Positions 35,963 through 49,758 of a DNA stretch of 64,000 nucleotides are shown here, in pieces. This DNA comes from Camelus ferus. Taxonomy: Eukaryota. The notes beneath the pieces are model-generated. The model made no database searches. It saw nothing but the letters and a program-made list of their open reading frames with translations, and was not told the DNA's origin. A program made the position numbers and the translations under genes. The stretch covers positions 37,140,001-37,204,000 of the forward strand of contig NC_045697.1 in assembly GCF_009834535.1 (NCBI RefSeq), in the 5' to 3' direction. The first letter of the stretch is position 1. Every line of letters starts with the position of its first letter.

Positions 35963-38900
35963 AAGAGGGTTAAACTCTATGGTGGTACTTTTTCTAGGAA
36001 GACTTCATAGGAAAGGAGGAATGTTAAGTTACACCCTGTTCAGCTTCATTACATTTCAAGTGATCTATGTTTCTTTATGAAGAAAATTCATGTCACCATC
36101 TAACCTTTATCTAAATAAATAAATAAAGCCAATAGATCCCAGTACGAAGTACTTAAAGCGTGTTGAGTGTGTCCTAATATGCATCCACGTGTACGTAATG
36201 CTTGGAAGGACAGAAACTCTGGCCCCAAATAAGATTTGAGCCAAATTTTCTATCCTCTGAGACTCAAACTAACAGGGATTTTGCACTGCATTCTATGCTG
36301 AAGGGTCTTGGCACCCAGACTCCTAGGGGACTTCATTCTCCGAGGAAGGCAACATTACAGGGGGAGCCCACATGTGAGAAGGGTCTCTTGCCCAGGCAGA
36401 AACAGGTAGTGTCTCAGAGGAAGTGATGTTAAAACCAAATTCTGAAGAATGGATACGAGTTCACCAAGTGGATGAGGGGAGAGAGAGAGAAAGAGAAAGG
36501 GCTCTTTTATAAGCCCACATGGGTAGGAACTGTGTCTTCTAATTTTCTGTGCCTGGTATGTAGCTGATGCTCAAAAACAGTTTGTAGAGTGGATGGGTAG
36601 AGGGACATGGAGAGCACAGGAAACAGTATGTGCAAAGGCACTGGGGCCAGAAGCAGCATGAGATGTCTGAAAAATTCCAAGTTGTCTGATACCGTTGGAG
36701 CTGAGAGTGTATGTGTGTGTGTGTGGGGGGGGTAGGTAGTGTGGAGGATGGAAGGGAGGCCGGACAAGAAGGGAGTGAAGCACAAAGGAGATGAGTTTGG
36801 GGAGCTGAGTCATGTGGGGCCTTTTACACTGAACTTGGACGTCTAGAAGTGGTTCTGTGGCAATGGCATCGTAGATTTGTTGGCAGGTGGCAGAATCAGA
36901 GTAGTAACCCAGGTCTTGGGATCCTAGCCTCCATTTCCTCCATTTCTAACCAACACCTTTCTCTTTACCCATCTTTACCTATGACTTTGCAGGGGTGTGT
37001 CTGGTGCCAGAGGTTTGAGGGCTTGGCCAGGCAGGGACATAAATCTCAGCAGGTTTTCCAAAGCTCAGTCCTCAGGCAGAGCTGTAAAAGCTGTCTCCTC
37101 TTTCTCTTTCCCTCTGTCACTCTTCTTCACATCTGGTGTCCCCACTGCTCACCGCCCCTGACATGGTGCAGCTGCTCTCTGAGTGGCACATTGCAGTTTG
37201 GGGGTTGATGGGTAGAAAACTGGAGAAGCTCTGAGGTCAATCTGAGATAGGGAGGTGAGCCCAAGAGGTACCTTCTGTGACCATAGGGTGGTTGTGTCCA
37301 GTGATGACCAGGGGAGGGGTTGGCGTTCCTGTCTCCCTGGAGCCAGCAGAGGATACTGAGAAGAGCGTGGAAGGCTGGCTGGGAGCGTTGGAGATCAGGA
37401 GAGTTTTGTGAGCTCCATGGAGCAACACAGAAGATGGGCTTTGTGTGTTAGAAACCATGAGGACTGGGTGCCGGGAGGCAGTTCTGAAGGAAGGTGATTC
37501 CCCACTGATTTGTCAAGGATGTGGGTGAGTAGAAAAGTCTTACCTGTCTGCCTCTGTGCCACCCCCAACCCCATGCACAGGCACCAGGCACAGCCAGATT
37601 CTGCCTTCATCTCCGGGTCCCTGACTGGTGGGAACAGCAATAAGAAGCTTCCCACCATAGGGGTCCCCCGTAGTGTGAAAAGCCCCACCCCGCTGCCAGG
37701 CTCTATGGTGACTCATGCAAACTAGATAAAGAGCCCCCTTCTCTAGACACTCTACAGCCACCTGCTGTGAACAGCCTTTATCGCCACTTTGCCTGTCCCC
37801 CCATGCCCTGCAATAAATCACACGTCCAAAAGAGACACTCTGGAGGAATTCCGTGATTCAAGAATAAAACATGGGCAGGTGTATTCTCAAAGTGCATTTT
37901 CTAGACTGCTCTTAGTTGCATGTGAACCCGAACAAGCCCAAATCAAAGGTGCCATTGCCCCTCTCCCTCCATCTCTGTCATGAGTCACCCCAGTATCTGA
38001 GCCTCAGGATGAGACCCCAGATGCTTCTGTGGGGCTCATTCTCTGCATGCTACAGATGGTTCTCCCTTCATACATATTTCATCTGTTTGAGTGTGTGTGG
38101 TTTGGGGCGAATAAAAGCATAGTGATTTTTGTGTCTCCAGCTTTGCCTTCAATATTTAGAGATTGTATTTCCACCAAAGCCTCCGAGATGTAACTAAATG
38201 CAGACAATCCTTGCCAACATGCCGGCGAGCTCTCTGCAGAGAGGAGGCTCGGGGTTGTAGATTCCCATTAGCAAAATTGGCATCTCATCCTCTATTCTCC
38301 CCAATGGGCCCTTGCATGAAGCTGAAATGCCAAGTTCTTTCCCCCGAGAAATGTTTCCCTCCCACAGTACATTTTGATCAGACATGTCACACGTCCCCAA
38401 CTGTAACCAACTATCTCTCCACCAGCCTCCCATATGGTATCTGACATCAGATGAGCTCATCACATGCAGAAGTGCTGGGGCCATAAATCTTTCAAAAGAT
38501 TAAACAGAGCCACCAAATCAGACACCAAAGTGGGGATTCGAAAACACTGTGAATGACAAAGACAAAAGCTGTTCAGATCTCCTGGCAGATTAAGAAATTA
38601 TCAGAAATGGCCAGAAGTTCTGTAATTGGGCTGGGTCTATCCCATTCAGATCTTCTGACAGCGTTTATCTGTCTCTTTTGATCTCCCAAGGAGATCTTAA
38701 AAAGGGTAGTTGAATAGAAATAGTCATTTTGAATATTTTTACTTCCACCTCTATCTCCTCTGATCATTGTCACCATACTGCTTAAAATCTGATGGCTCCC
38801 AGGACATCATCCCAGGAAAAAGCACATATTTCTTAGCATGCAAATCTCTTCCAAACCCACCTCACCATACTTTCCTGGTCCCTTGTCGGTTGCACACTTA

Positions 38901-39472
38901 GGCTTGAATTATATTTGACAGCTTGGGGCTCATGCATCTCAACACCACGTGTCTTTGCTTATGCTGTCCAATGCTGCAACGCCATTCCACAAGTTGTGTC
39001 TTTGGTCTTCTCCATCTCATTCTGCCGGAGCTCCCTCCAGGAGACACTCTTACTGCAGGAGAATTTGAGCTTGCGTACCTACCTTACAAAAGTCTTCAGG
39101 AATTTCTTTATTATAACACTGTCAGACAGTATTGTTACTCTTTGCTCACATATCTGCTCCTTTGCTGGACTGTGAGCTCCCATCTTGATGTCTGAGCCTA
39201 TTCTTTGCAACCCTGGCTCATAGCAGGGGGTCAATGAATATTTGCTGGATTTCATGGAATGGAACGGAGTGGAATTACATTTTAAAGAAGAGGTGGAATG
39301 CCCGATGTGTATGTGATTGATAAATCCCGATGGATTGTTCTGGCAGGGTTTAGAGTAGGTTTACATCGTTACATAAATAACTTTGAAGAAAAAATGAATT
39401 GTAGAATTCTTAAGGAAGCAAAACTACAATATTTTACTTGAATACTTACTGGTATTATTCATTCATTCAACT

Positions 39473-39803
39473 ATGACACAAGTGAACTTATTTATAAAAC
39501 AGAAACAGACTCACAAACATAGAAAGCAAATTTATGGATACCTGCGGAGGTGGGGGAAGGGGGTGGGATGGGATTAACTGGGAGTTTGAGATTTGCAGAT
39601 ACTAACTACTATATATAAAATAGATAAACAACAAGTTTATACTGTATAGCACAGGGAACTATATTCAATATCTTGTAGTAATCTACAATAAAAAAGAATA
39701 TGAAAAGGAATATGTGTATGTATATGTATGACTGAAGCATTATGCTGTGCACCAGAAATTGGCACAATGTTGTAAAAACTGACTATACATCAATTAAAAA
39801 AAC
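39473..39803 (+). mobile_element. L1 3'UTR
   Basis: tgaacttatttataaaacagaaacagactcac...gcacagggaactatattcaatatcttg, A tail. Confidence 0.92.
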
Positions 39804-39914
39804 CCAAAAGTACTGCTTATGGAAGGCATGCTACAGTGTTCTAGATATCAGGGATTCAGCTGCAAACCAGATAGATAAAACCTCCTGCCTTCAGGGAACT
39901 TACATTTTACAACT

Positions 39915-40150
39915 CAGAGCACAGTGGTTAGTGTGGGCTCTGGGTTCAATTCCCAGCTTCATCATCACTTACTAGCTGTGCAATCTTGGGAAAATTACTT
40001 TGCCCCAGTTTCCTCACCTGTGAAGTGGAGATAAATAATAGTGCCTGCTTCATAGGGTTGTTGCAGACATAGATAACTTAATATATATGAAGCACTTAGA
40101 ATAACGCTCGGCATACAGTATACACTCAGCAGATGTTCATTACTATTATC
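39915..40150 (+). mobile_element. MIR
   Basis: cacttactagctgtgcaatcttggg...cagtttcctcacctgtgaagtggagata. Confidence 0.85.
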
Positions 40151-42778
40151 TGCCAGTTCATTTCACAGCTGAAAAAACAGAGGCAGAGACTCTACATTGG
40201 ATGGTTGCTCTCATCTTTCACTCAGGTGCCCTCAGAAGAAATCAGCCTGTAAACACTTGTATTCCCTCTGTTACTTTCCTGGAACCGCCCCCTCCATCCC
40301 TTGCTGGCTCCCGGCCCTTTTCCCTGATTAACACTTACTTGTCCTTAAGGTCTTAGCTGAGAATCATTCCATATGGGAAGCCTACGAATATAGAAATCAG
40401 AGCTGCTGAAATGAGATGATGTCGGGTTCGCTGCAGAGTGCCCATCCAGATAAATACACTGACGTTATGTTTAGAAGTAGATCATTCAGATGAGCTCTCG
40501 ACTGTGCACCAATCTCATGGCTCAACTCTGTGTCCTCCGGATAGAGCCCGTGGGGAATTCCGGGCAGTTTCTGACGGAATGGAAATCACCTCTCCAGAGT
40601 GTTCGATGCAGGGTCTTGTCACTCACTACCTGTGTGTCCTTGAACAAGTTCTCTTGTGTCTCCCTATTTTAGCTTTATCATCTGCAGAAGGGGAACATGT
40701 TGTACAGATAACTGTCTCATTAAGTCAAAGTGAGAACAAAATGGGACAATTATGCACAGCTTCAGTACAGTGCCCGGAATATAGCAAGCATTCAATACAT
40801 GACAGTAATTCTTATTAATTCTTATTTAATGGTTATTTTTTTATGAGTTCCTTTGCTGCCTTGTCCAATTACTGGACTTCCTATTTGGTATTTAAATGCC
40901 AACTCTGGAAAGGAGCAAGTGTCTCAGCAAATATTCTCCTTAATATGAATTGCTTTTTTAACTTTCATAAAAGACTTTGTAAAACGTACGAATCTACTGC
41001 ATTTTACCCCCAGTTCCTTTCTTCTTCCCTTCAATAAATGCTTTTTGAGCATATCGGTAGAGATCGGCCAGATTTACTGCAATAACAATCTCTAAATCTC
41101 AGTGACTTAAGACAGAAAAGGTTCATTTCTTGTTCATGTTATGTACCCATGGAGGGCTGGCAAGGGGGCTCTGCTCATCGAAGCAACTCAGTGACCCTGG
41201 GGATGGGGCAGCTATCATCTGAAATACTGTTGTTACTCATGACCAGCGGAAAAAGAGAGCTGTGGATGGTTTGAAACCAGCAAATAGGTGCCTCAGCCTA
41301 GAAGTGGCCCTCATCACTGTACCTGCCACTCACTGGGCACCGGTCACCTGCCCCACCCATTCCCAAGGGAGCTGGCAGTGCAATTCCAAGAAGTAGGGAG
41401 TGGGGGGGTGGGAGGAGGATTCCAGTGCAATTCAAGAAATGGAGGGATTCCAGTACAATTCTAGGAAAAGCCATATTTGACTAGGATGACAGCCACAAGA
41501 TACCAACTATATGCAAAGCACTGTGACAGCCTGGGTCAAAGACAGAAGACACACAAGCTGCAGCCTTGCTCCTCAGGTGACCTACAATCTGGCAGGAGAG
41601 ACATGGCAGCATGAAACAAGATACTGCTTCTGAGCCTCCAGCCGCATTCCACCTGAGCCTGGAGGTGATTAATTCTCCCAGCACTGCTTTGGACATCGAA
41701 GAAATTCATTACCAGGGGCCTGGCAGGGACTGTAAAGATGTTACTTGGGAAGATGAGAACCAGGGTAGTAATAGCTCATCCTTTTTAAAGTTCTCTTGAA
41801 GCCTGTCATCATCAGCCACATCATTTATTTAAACATCTATCTGTCTATGTGATGGGCCAAGCAAGCAGCCGGCGTTGTCCTGCCCTGGTGGGGATTGTGG
41901 GAACTAGGGAGTCACAGGCAGACCACGCACGACTGTGGGCAGGGGTGGGGAGTGAGACACGCCCAGACATACTCACACCCTGTCTCACACGTGACTCGGC
42001 CTTTCAATCACAGTCATTAGGCACTAATTTGGTGGAGAAGACAGGGAAGGCAGTGTGGGGAAGCAGAGGCAGAAGCCTGGGTCCTGCCTCCAAGATGCTT
42101 ATGATACAGTTAGAGAGAGAACACAGAGATGCAGGGAGAATTACAAAATCAAAATATAGCAGAGATTAGTGCCTGAATGGGGGACTCAGACCTGTTCTGT
42201 TGCATCTAGGAGAGAAAAGAAGCTCCCCTGGTGAGAGCAGTCCAGGGGCACAATCGGAGGAGGCAGACCCCCTTTCACCCTGAGGATGGGTAAGTTTTTG
42301 GTTGATGGAGAAAAGGGATGGCATGGACCACAGTACACGATAGTGGTTAGGGAGGAAGGGGAAAGGTCCAAGGAGGGTTTGCCCAGAAGAGCGGCTTTGT
42401 GCAGCTGAGCGGTAATCAGAAAGGAAGGGAGACTGGAGATGTATTGTAGTTTCCAGGGTTGAATTTATCCATGGGGCAGCGAGGGCTTTTTGAAAGGAGG
42501 CAAACTAATATTTATGAAGCACTGACAATTTTAGGTCAAGGCTGGTATTAGACACCTTACATATATTAGTATATTTTATCTTCACACTAGCTCTTGGAGG
42601 TTAGCAGAGAAAACTGAGGCTCAGCGATCACCTGAGAATAAAAGGCAGAGTTGAGAGTGGCACCCAGGACTGTGTGGCATTAAACCTCGTGCCTTTTCGA
42701 TCACATACACTGACTGCCCATGAAGACTGTGGGCTGGGAACATGAGGTAGTGACACGACACATTAAGATCAAGCAAAC

Positions 42779-43353
42779 GGCATTATTTACAACAGCCAAG
42801 ACCTGGAAGCAACCGGAATGTCCATTGACAGATGACTGGATAAAGAAGATGTGGTTTATATATGCAATGGAATACAAGTCAGCTATTAAAAACGAATGAA
42901 ATAATGCCATTTGCAGCAACGTGGATGAACCTAGAGATTATTATCCTAAGTGAAGTAAGTCAGACAGAGAAAGACAAGTCATTTTATCACTTATATGTGG
43001 AATCTATAAAATGACACAAATGAACTTATTTACAAAATAGAAACAGACTCACAGACACAGAGAACAAATTCACGACTACCAAAGGGGAAAGGGTGGGGAG
43101 GGATAAATTAGGAGTTTGGGATTAGCAGATACTAACTTCTATATATAAAATAGATAAACAACAAGGTGCTACTGTATAGCACAGGGAACTATATTTAATA
43201 TCTTATAATTAGCTGTAATGAAAAAGAATATGAAAAAGAATATACATATATATATATAAAACTGAATCACTATGATGTACACCAGAAACTAACTCAACGT
43301 AAACTTACTATAATTCAACAAAATATATGTATATATATGTATGTTTAAAAAGA
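42779..43353 (+). mobile_element. 5'-truncated L1
   Basis: ORF2 end and 3'UTR; TSD aagatcaagcaaac 42765-42778 / aagagcaagcaaac 43354-43367. Confidence 0.93.
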
Positions 43354-45819
43354 AAGAGCAAGCAAACTGTATAGAAGACAGATGAGGGAAGAGAGACTGG
43401 TGGCAGGGACATTGATAAGGAGACAATTATACAGATCAAAATTTTGAGGGAAGGGCCTGAATTGAGATAATGAGGAGGAAGTTGCAAATTGGGAGGAAAG
43501 ATGATGACACACTGAGTTTGGAGAAGACAGGTACCCAGGTTGTCATCTGGTGTCATGAGACCAGATTCAGGACATGTTTAGGGTTAGAAGCCCAGGCACC
43601 ACGTGACCTTCGGCCAGCGACTTAGCCTCCAGAAACCTCTATTTCCCCCTCCATCTGGATTACAGTAGGAACTGATGAAGGAAAGTTGAATGATGTCCAA
43701 GAAACAGTCAGAGCACCTGAGTAGTGGTACCTGACATTTTATTACAGGGAGGGGGCAGAGATTAGGAATGTGCCTTCTTCGAGGCTGGCAAGTCCCACAG
43801 TGAGTTGCCTGGTGGGGCTCTGGAAACTCTGCCTGCAGCTTCTATTGTGACAGTTTGTCTGACTGATTCCCTTGGGTTTGCACATTTGGACAGTACACCT
43901 ACCCTTTTGCACCCCCACCTCCATGGAGGTCTTCCATGGTTCAGGAGAAAGCTGGCCTGCCCTGTGATATGGTGAGCTTGGGGTCTCAGGATTCCCAGAA
44001 TGAGGAAGAAATGGACCCACCCACCCGTTCACTGTGCTTATGAAGCTCGTAAGCCGCTTCTGTACATCAGCAGATGACACTCTCTTTGTGTGGAGTCATT
44101 GCATGTCCTCTACTAAGCGAGGGCTTAGGAAAAGAGACCCTCAAGCCCCAAGCATTATCTCCACAAGGTCACATAAACACTCCCTGCTCTTATCATCCAG
44201 CAATGTTATCTGGTGCCAAGAGGATTTCATAAACAAACTTAAATGTGCAATAAAAAAAAGTCCCCACGCTAGACAAGCAATCATATTTCTACATATTAAA
44301 AGCCCCAATGAATTACAAACATAGCAACCAGGTTTGTCCTCATAAAAGTCATTCTGCCACCCTCAGACTCATCGTAAAAAGATCTATATTAAAAATCAGC
44401 ATCATCATATCCATAAAAGATTGAAGCAAAAAAATGTAATGTTGGATCTGATTCTTGCAGAGCCTAAGGCAACCCTAGCAGGATTCCAGGCTCCCAAGCT
44501 TGTCAGGGTAACCGAAGGGTCTGAAACAGCTCATTATTTAATAAAACTGAGGAGTCCCTGAAACCATACACTTGTGTATAACTCTTTAGAAACTGAAGAA
44601 TGATCAGAAAAGCATAGCTGAAGGTTTTACCATTCTGTTAACACTCTTGCCACCCACCACTCTGGCCCCAAATCTTGAGAATCTAAGTACTAATCACCTT
44701 GATATTTATTTTATTCACACACGCCTGCATATTTCATCAAAATCAGTTATCAGTTGCCGGCGACATCTCCTGTTGTCACAATCACCCGGCTTTTTCCCTC
44801 TTTTTCTGCTTGCGCCTCTTATTAAAGCCAGTTTGAATTCCTGTCCCCGGGCCTAAGAGAGGTCTGGTAAGTGGGTAAATTGACATAGAGTGGGTTGGTA
44901 GCTTCTTTCATGGAGGTTACCTTTTTGACCTCTGAACAGGCCCACCTTGAGAAGAGGTTTGGGGACACCTGCTTTAGGGCCTGTCTGTCACGGGCAGAAG
45001 CAGCTGGCCTGTCTCACGGGATAACGTTTGCAGGGCTGTGTCAACAGGTGTAGTGGAAATGAGGGCCACCAGTTCTCAGATAGGGAAACCATGGAGGTTT
45101 CTTTCTGCCCTCTGACTTGCTTGTGGGGCCATGGGAAACTCCATAATGTTTGAATAAAACACTAGGTTACAGGGAGTAAAACCAGGGCAAAATACTTGGA
45201 TTTGAGATTAGCACGGGAAATCTCTGACCTGGAACTGCCCATAATTTTTCCCAACCTGGCTGCTTTCCCAGAGGGTGTCTCCAAGTTATCAGCCGGGCCT
45301 GGGCTTCCAGAATTAGGACAGGGAGAAGTCATACATTTTCCCTTGTTACTTTTGCCCATAATTATCGTCACTCTAGCCAGATTAGTTTGAGGAAAGAAGC
45401 CAAGACATGGGGAGGAAATTAGTGTGGGCTGTGAGGCAGGGGTCTGTTTTTTCTTGGGGCATTAGATGGGACCATCGTCTTCCCCCTCCAGGATGACTTC
45501 TATCCCTTTATCTCCATCCCCTCTGACTTCTGACAGCCTCCAAGGCATGCTCTGAAGTTAAGATGGGAAGCAGAGGAGAAAATGTCTCACCAACCTTGGA
45601 AGGACTGTAATTCTGAGATTTGAAGAGAGTGTGCCAAGATATCCCTGTTAATTAAACTCATTTCGATTGGAATTTATACCTTATCCACTTCCTAAGATGT
45701 TATTGGCAGCTTCCAACAAAAGATGCAGATATAAGAGAGCCAAAATTCAATCATTTAATCAGAATTCAGTGAGACTCTAACATGTGCAAGGTATCAGGGC
45801 TGGGGGAGTCCATCCTTAT

Positions 45820-46030
45820 GCAGAAAGCCAGGGCTTTGGAAGAGTTTATGGCTGTGTAACAGACAAGTTATTTAATATCTTTGAGCATCACTTTCCTCTG
45901 CTGTAAAACAAAGTTGATAATCACAGCACCTACCTCACAGGACTGTCGCAGCGATTTAAGTATATGTAAAGTTTATGCACAGCCTCTGGCAGTTAGATGA
46001 GCACGTAATACACAGTAACTATTGCAGTGA
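45820..46030 (+). mobile_element. MIR
   Basis: caagttatttaatatctttgagc...ctgtaaaac...cctacctcacagg. Confidence 0.75.
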
Positions 46031-46159
46031 TCATTTCTGAACTAGGAAAGAAGATGGTGATGGGGACATTTTCCTGCTCTGTAGGAGGCACAGAGGTGGG
46101 GAAGGACTCGAAGCGTCTGGAGAGGAGCACACAGGATTCTGAGTGAGTAAGGGTACAAG

Positions 46160-47040
46160 CAATGGGAAGAAAAAAGAAGGCTGCACATGGCTTCACTTCG
46201 AATTTATCCTGTTGGCCATGAAAAACCATAGAAGCCCTAAGTGACTTGGTAATTTAGAAAAATCTTATTGATAATAATGTAGAGGAGAAACAGAGGTAGG
46301 AAGAGAAGGAGGCAGTTATGTGTCTGTTGTAAGATAGGAAGTAGAGATGAAAATAACCCTTTTAGGACCATGGCAGTGGAGAGGGAAAGTCAGGGACAGA
46401 TTGCAAAGCTTCTGGCGTGTGTTGGGTGGGATACTCCACTAGAACGTCAGCTCCATGAAAGCAGGGGTCTTGGTTTTGTACACTGATGTGTCCCAAGCAC
46501 TTGGAACAGTGACTGGCACATAGGAAGTGCTCGATAAACATTTGTCAAACGAGTGAGTGGATGGTAGTGATATTAAACAAGGAAGGAAATGTAGGGGGAC
46601 TAGCAAGTTTGAGGGTGAAGAAAGTGAGTCATTATTCCAGCTGTGCTGATGTCTCAGAGACCTGTGGGACATCCAAGTGAAAATGTTTCTGGTGGAAAAT
46701 GGAAATTTGGGCTGGATACTCAGGAGGGAAAGTGGGGCTGGAGTTGAGTTTTGGAAATGTTGGCCCATGAGACATAGTTGAAATCCCGGAATGGTTAAGA
46801 TCAACCTGGGAAAGTGTACAGAATGAGAAGAGAAATCAGTCAAGAATGGAAATGTGGGTGAAGACTCACACTTGAGACGGGCGGGAGGGATACAGGAAGA
46901 AGAGCCAAGGAGATGGAGAAAGACTGGATATAAGAGTAGGAGACGGTATAGGGCGTTGTGTTACAGACTCCGAGAAGTAGCTTCAAGAAAGCAGTAGCAG
47001 TGTCAGCTGCTGTGGAGGGTTTGGGTAGAAAGAGGATCAG
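46160..47040 (-). mobile_element. L2 with nested + strand L2 tail (about 46435-46560)
   Basis: Host gacatccaagtgaaaatgt; insert actagaacgtcagctccatgaaagcagg...ggcacataggaagtgctcgataaac. Confidence 0.75.
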
Positions 47041-49744
47041 AGAGCGCTGCTTGATCTGGGGGTTTGGATGTCATCAGTGAGCCTACAAGCTGTGGAGATA
47101 GACACTGGCTCACACCTCCCTTGGTGACCAGTAGAAGGGTTTTCTGACCATTTTCTACTTCCTTTTTCCAAAGGATCAGCAAGTGATTCCAAATAGTTTA
47201 AATTAAATGCAAAACCAAATAGGCACATTCGTGCCGTCCTTAGGAATAACTTCCAATTTGTAATGTCCTTGCTCAGCAATAATGTCACCAATTGAAAAAT
47301 CAGATTAAAAAATAGAAATGTTCCAGTTCTAATAATGTTGTTCACTTTCCCATTTGGCTTGCATGTGATATTTTGGGTTATTCCTATAATGATGAAGAGC
47401 ACTCTAATCTACACAATTTGGGAGCAAGTTGTTGCCTCGGAGAACTTTAAATTGGGTGTGTTCTTGCCTCTATGTCTCTGAAAACTTTATCTTTCTTAAA
47501 TGTCATTTGCTGCACTTCAGATATGCAAACCTTAGAGTGAAACTCCAAGAGGCAATGATTTCTTTTTACAGCCATGATTAGATTCGTCTAAATCATTTGG
47601 TCAGCCCAGACGGTTGTATTAAAATCTTTTAAAAAAATGATAGAAACCAGAACATGCTATCTAAAGTATACATCCTCTCCTGATGTTTGGGAAAGCCAAT
47701 GACACATCCTTCATATGCAAGACCCTCATTCTCAGGACTGTTACATATGGATAATCAAGTGACGGTTACCCATTTTTACATAAACTTGACCTTCCCTCGC
47801 TCAGCCGCTCGTCGGAGGAGGACTGGCCCCGAGGAAGGGTGCCCGGATTTGCAGCCTTGTGTAAGATTGATAGAGCGCAGTATTCCTGTTCATATAAATA
47901 TTTTAAGTTGGAAAAAACCCTTTTGTTATTTTTCCCTCTGCCTAAGAAATACTTCCACGAGCTCTTCCCATAACAGAGCCTTTCTCTGCCTTCAGTAACT
48001 CTGCCCCGGGTGACAAGGAAATAGCTTCTTGGCAGTGTTGGTTTTCCACAACTGTTTTAAAAATGGTGAGAGAATATGCAGAGCCACAGCACTTTAAGGC
48101 GAATAGAAAAGCTCCTCGTTTCCTGTAAACTCTTCATCCTTTCTCCTTGCCATTTCCGGATGTGGGGAAAACAAACCAGAGCTTTAATATGGAAGAAAGT
48201 GTACCCATCACGCTATTAACCTCAGCGAGTCCAATCTCTTTGAAAGTTTCTAATTTCCTTCCCATTGTGTTCTGGTGCGACCTGTAACCTAGATTCTTAA
48301 CCAAGAATCGCTTCTTCTGGGAAGACCTCTGTGACCGATTCCAGGCACAGGTCTCTCCCTTCCTGTGGTGTGTGTATATGAGTATGTGTCTGTGTGCGTG
48401 CATGTGTGACTTAGCTTCTTCCCCCTTTATTCTTCTCTGTTATTTTCTATTTGTTCATTCAGATATTTGCCTCCCTATCCCTCTCATTAATCTGCAGAAT
48501 CCTCCAGAACTAGGACTGTATCTTTTTCTTTAGTTTTAGTTCAAGGTCTCTAGCCAGAGATTAGGCATCAAAGAAGAGTTTGATCAGCACTCTTGGAGGA
48601 AATGTTGTTAGGACAGGAAACCAGATGCCAGGATCTGGGATGGTACCCCTTCCTCCTGATAAGTACATTTTGCTCTGTGATTCTTACCCTGGGCTTCAGT
48701 GGGGATCCATGAATCCTCTGAAATGGTACCAAAACTTTAGCCAAATTGTGCTTGTGTGTGTGTGTGCTTGAGTACTTTTCTGGGGACAAAGTCTTTAGCT
48801 GTCATCAGATTTGAAAGGGTCTAAGATCCTCTAAGGCTTGAGGAGTGAGCCCCCTCCCTCCCCTCAGTACTGGCAAATAGACAGAGCGAGGACCCAGTGC
48901 TTTTCCAGAACCAGCCAAGGGTCTTCCAGATGTGAGGAATTTTGCCATTAAAAGCCTGAGGGATGAGGTGGAGTTGGGGAAGAAGGGTTCTGATTTGGCC
49001 AGAGCGCAAAGGGCAATTTGGTTGGGAGACTCTGGGGTCCTGGAATGCACGGATCCTCTTCTGTGGTTATCACACATGACCGAAACATCCTGTGTGTTTG
49101 GCATTCGTCTTTCCCCCTCTCCCCACCGAAGCTCTTGCTTCTGTTGGCTTTTTTAGGCTGTATCCCAGTTATGCATCCTAGTAACAATGATCTCCTGAAT
49201 ATATTCTGGACATTAACTGCTGACATGGAAGCAAGTCCTTGGGAAGAAGATTTGGAAGAAGGGAAAAAGAAAGAGAAAGATACAAAAACATAAAGATACA
49301 ATATGCAGCCAGCCCCTAAATATATAGCAGATTATGACAATGGCATAGAGAGCCTCCTATGCCGCTTAAAGGGAAAAGAGCACACTAACCTGGAAACAGA
49401 AAGATGAGAGATTTTTAAGTGCGTGTTTCAAGTAAATTACCTTAGTTCATTAGCATCAGTATTTCTAGGAACACTTGGGACTGGTCTGAATCAGTCTCTG
49501 CTGACTCCATTAGGACACCAATGAGTGTGTAGCTGAAGTGGGATCACAGAGAGAGAGGCTGAGAGATCTGTGATTTAGAAGGTGGGCAGTTCTCCTCTGA
49601 GAGGTTCAAGTGTCCTTTAACTTCACAAAAACAGGTCCTCACAAGCTCAGCTGCCAAGGCAGCCCCTGGTTAAAAGATGCAGAGTCGGGTCCTTCATGGA
49701 CCCGAATGGCAGGCTCGTTGGAAATTTGCTCTGGTGGTTCTCTC

Positions 49745-49758
49745 GTTACCATAGCAAC
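49745..49758. promoter_or_regulatory. RFX X-box motif
   Basis: GTTACCATAGCAAC fits GTTNCCATRGYAAC in unique sequence. Confidence 0.6.
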
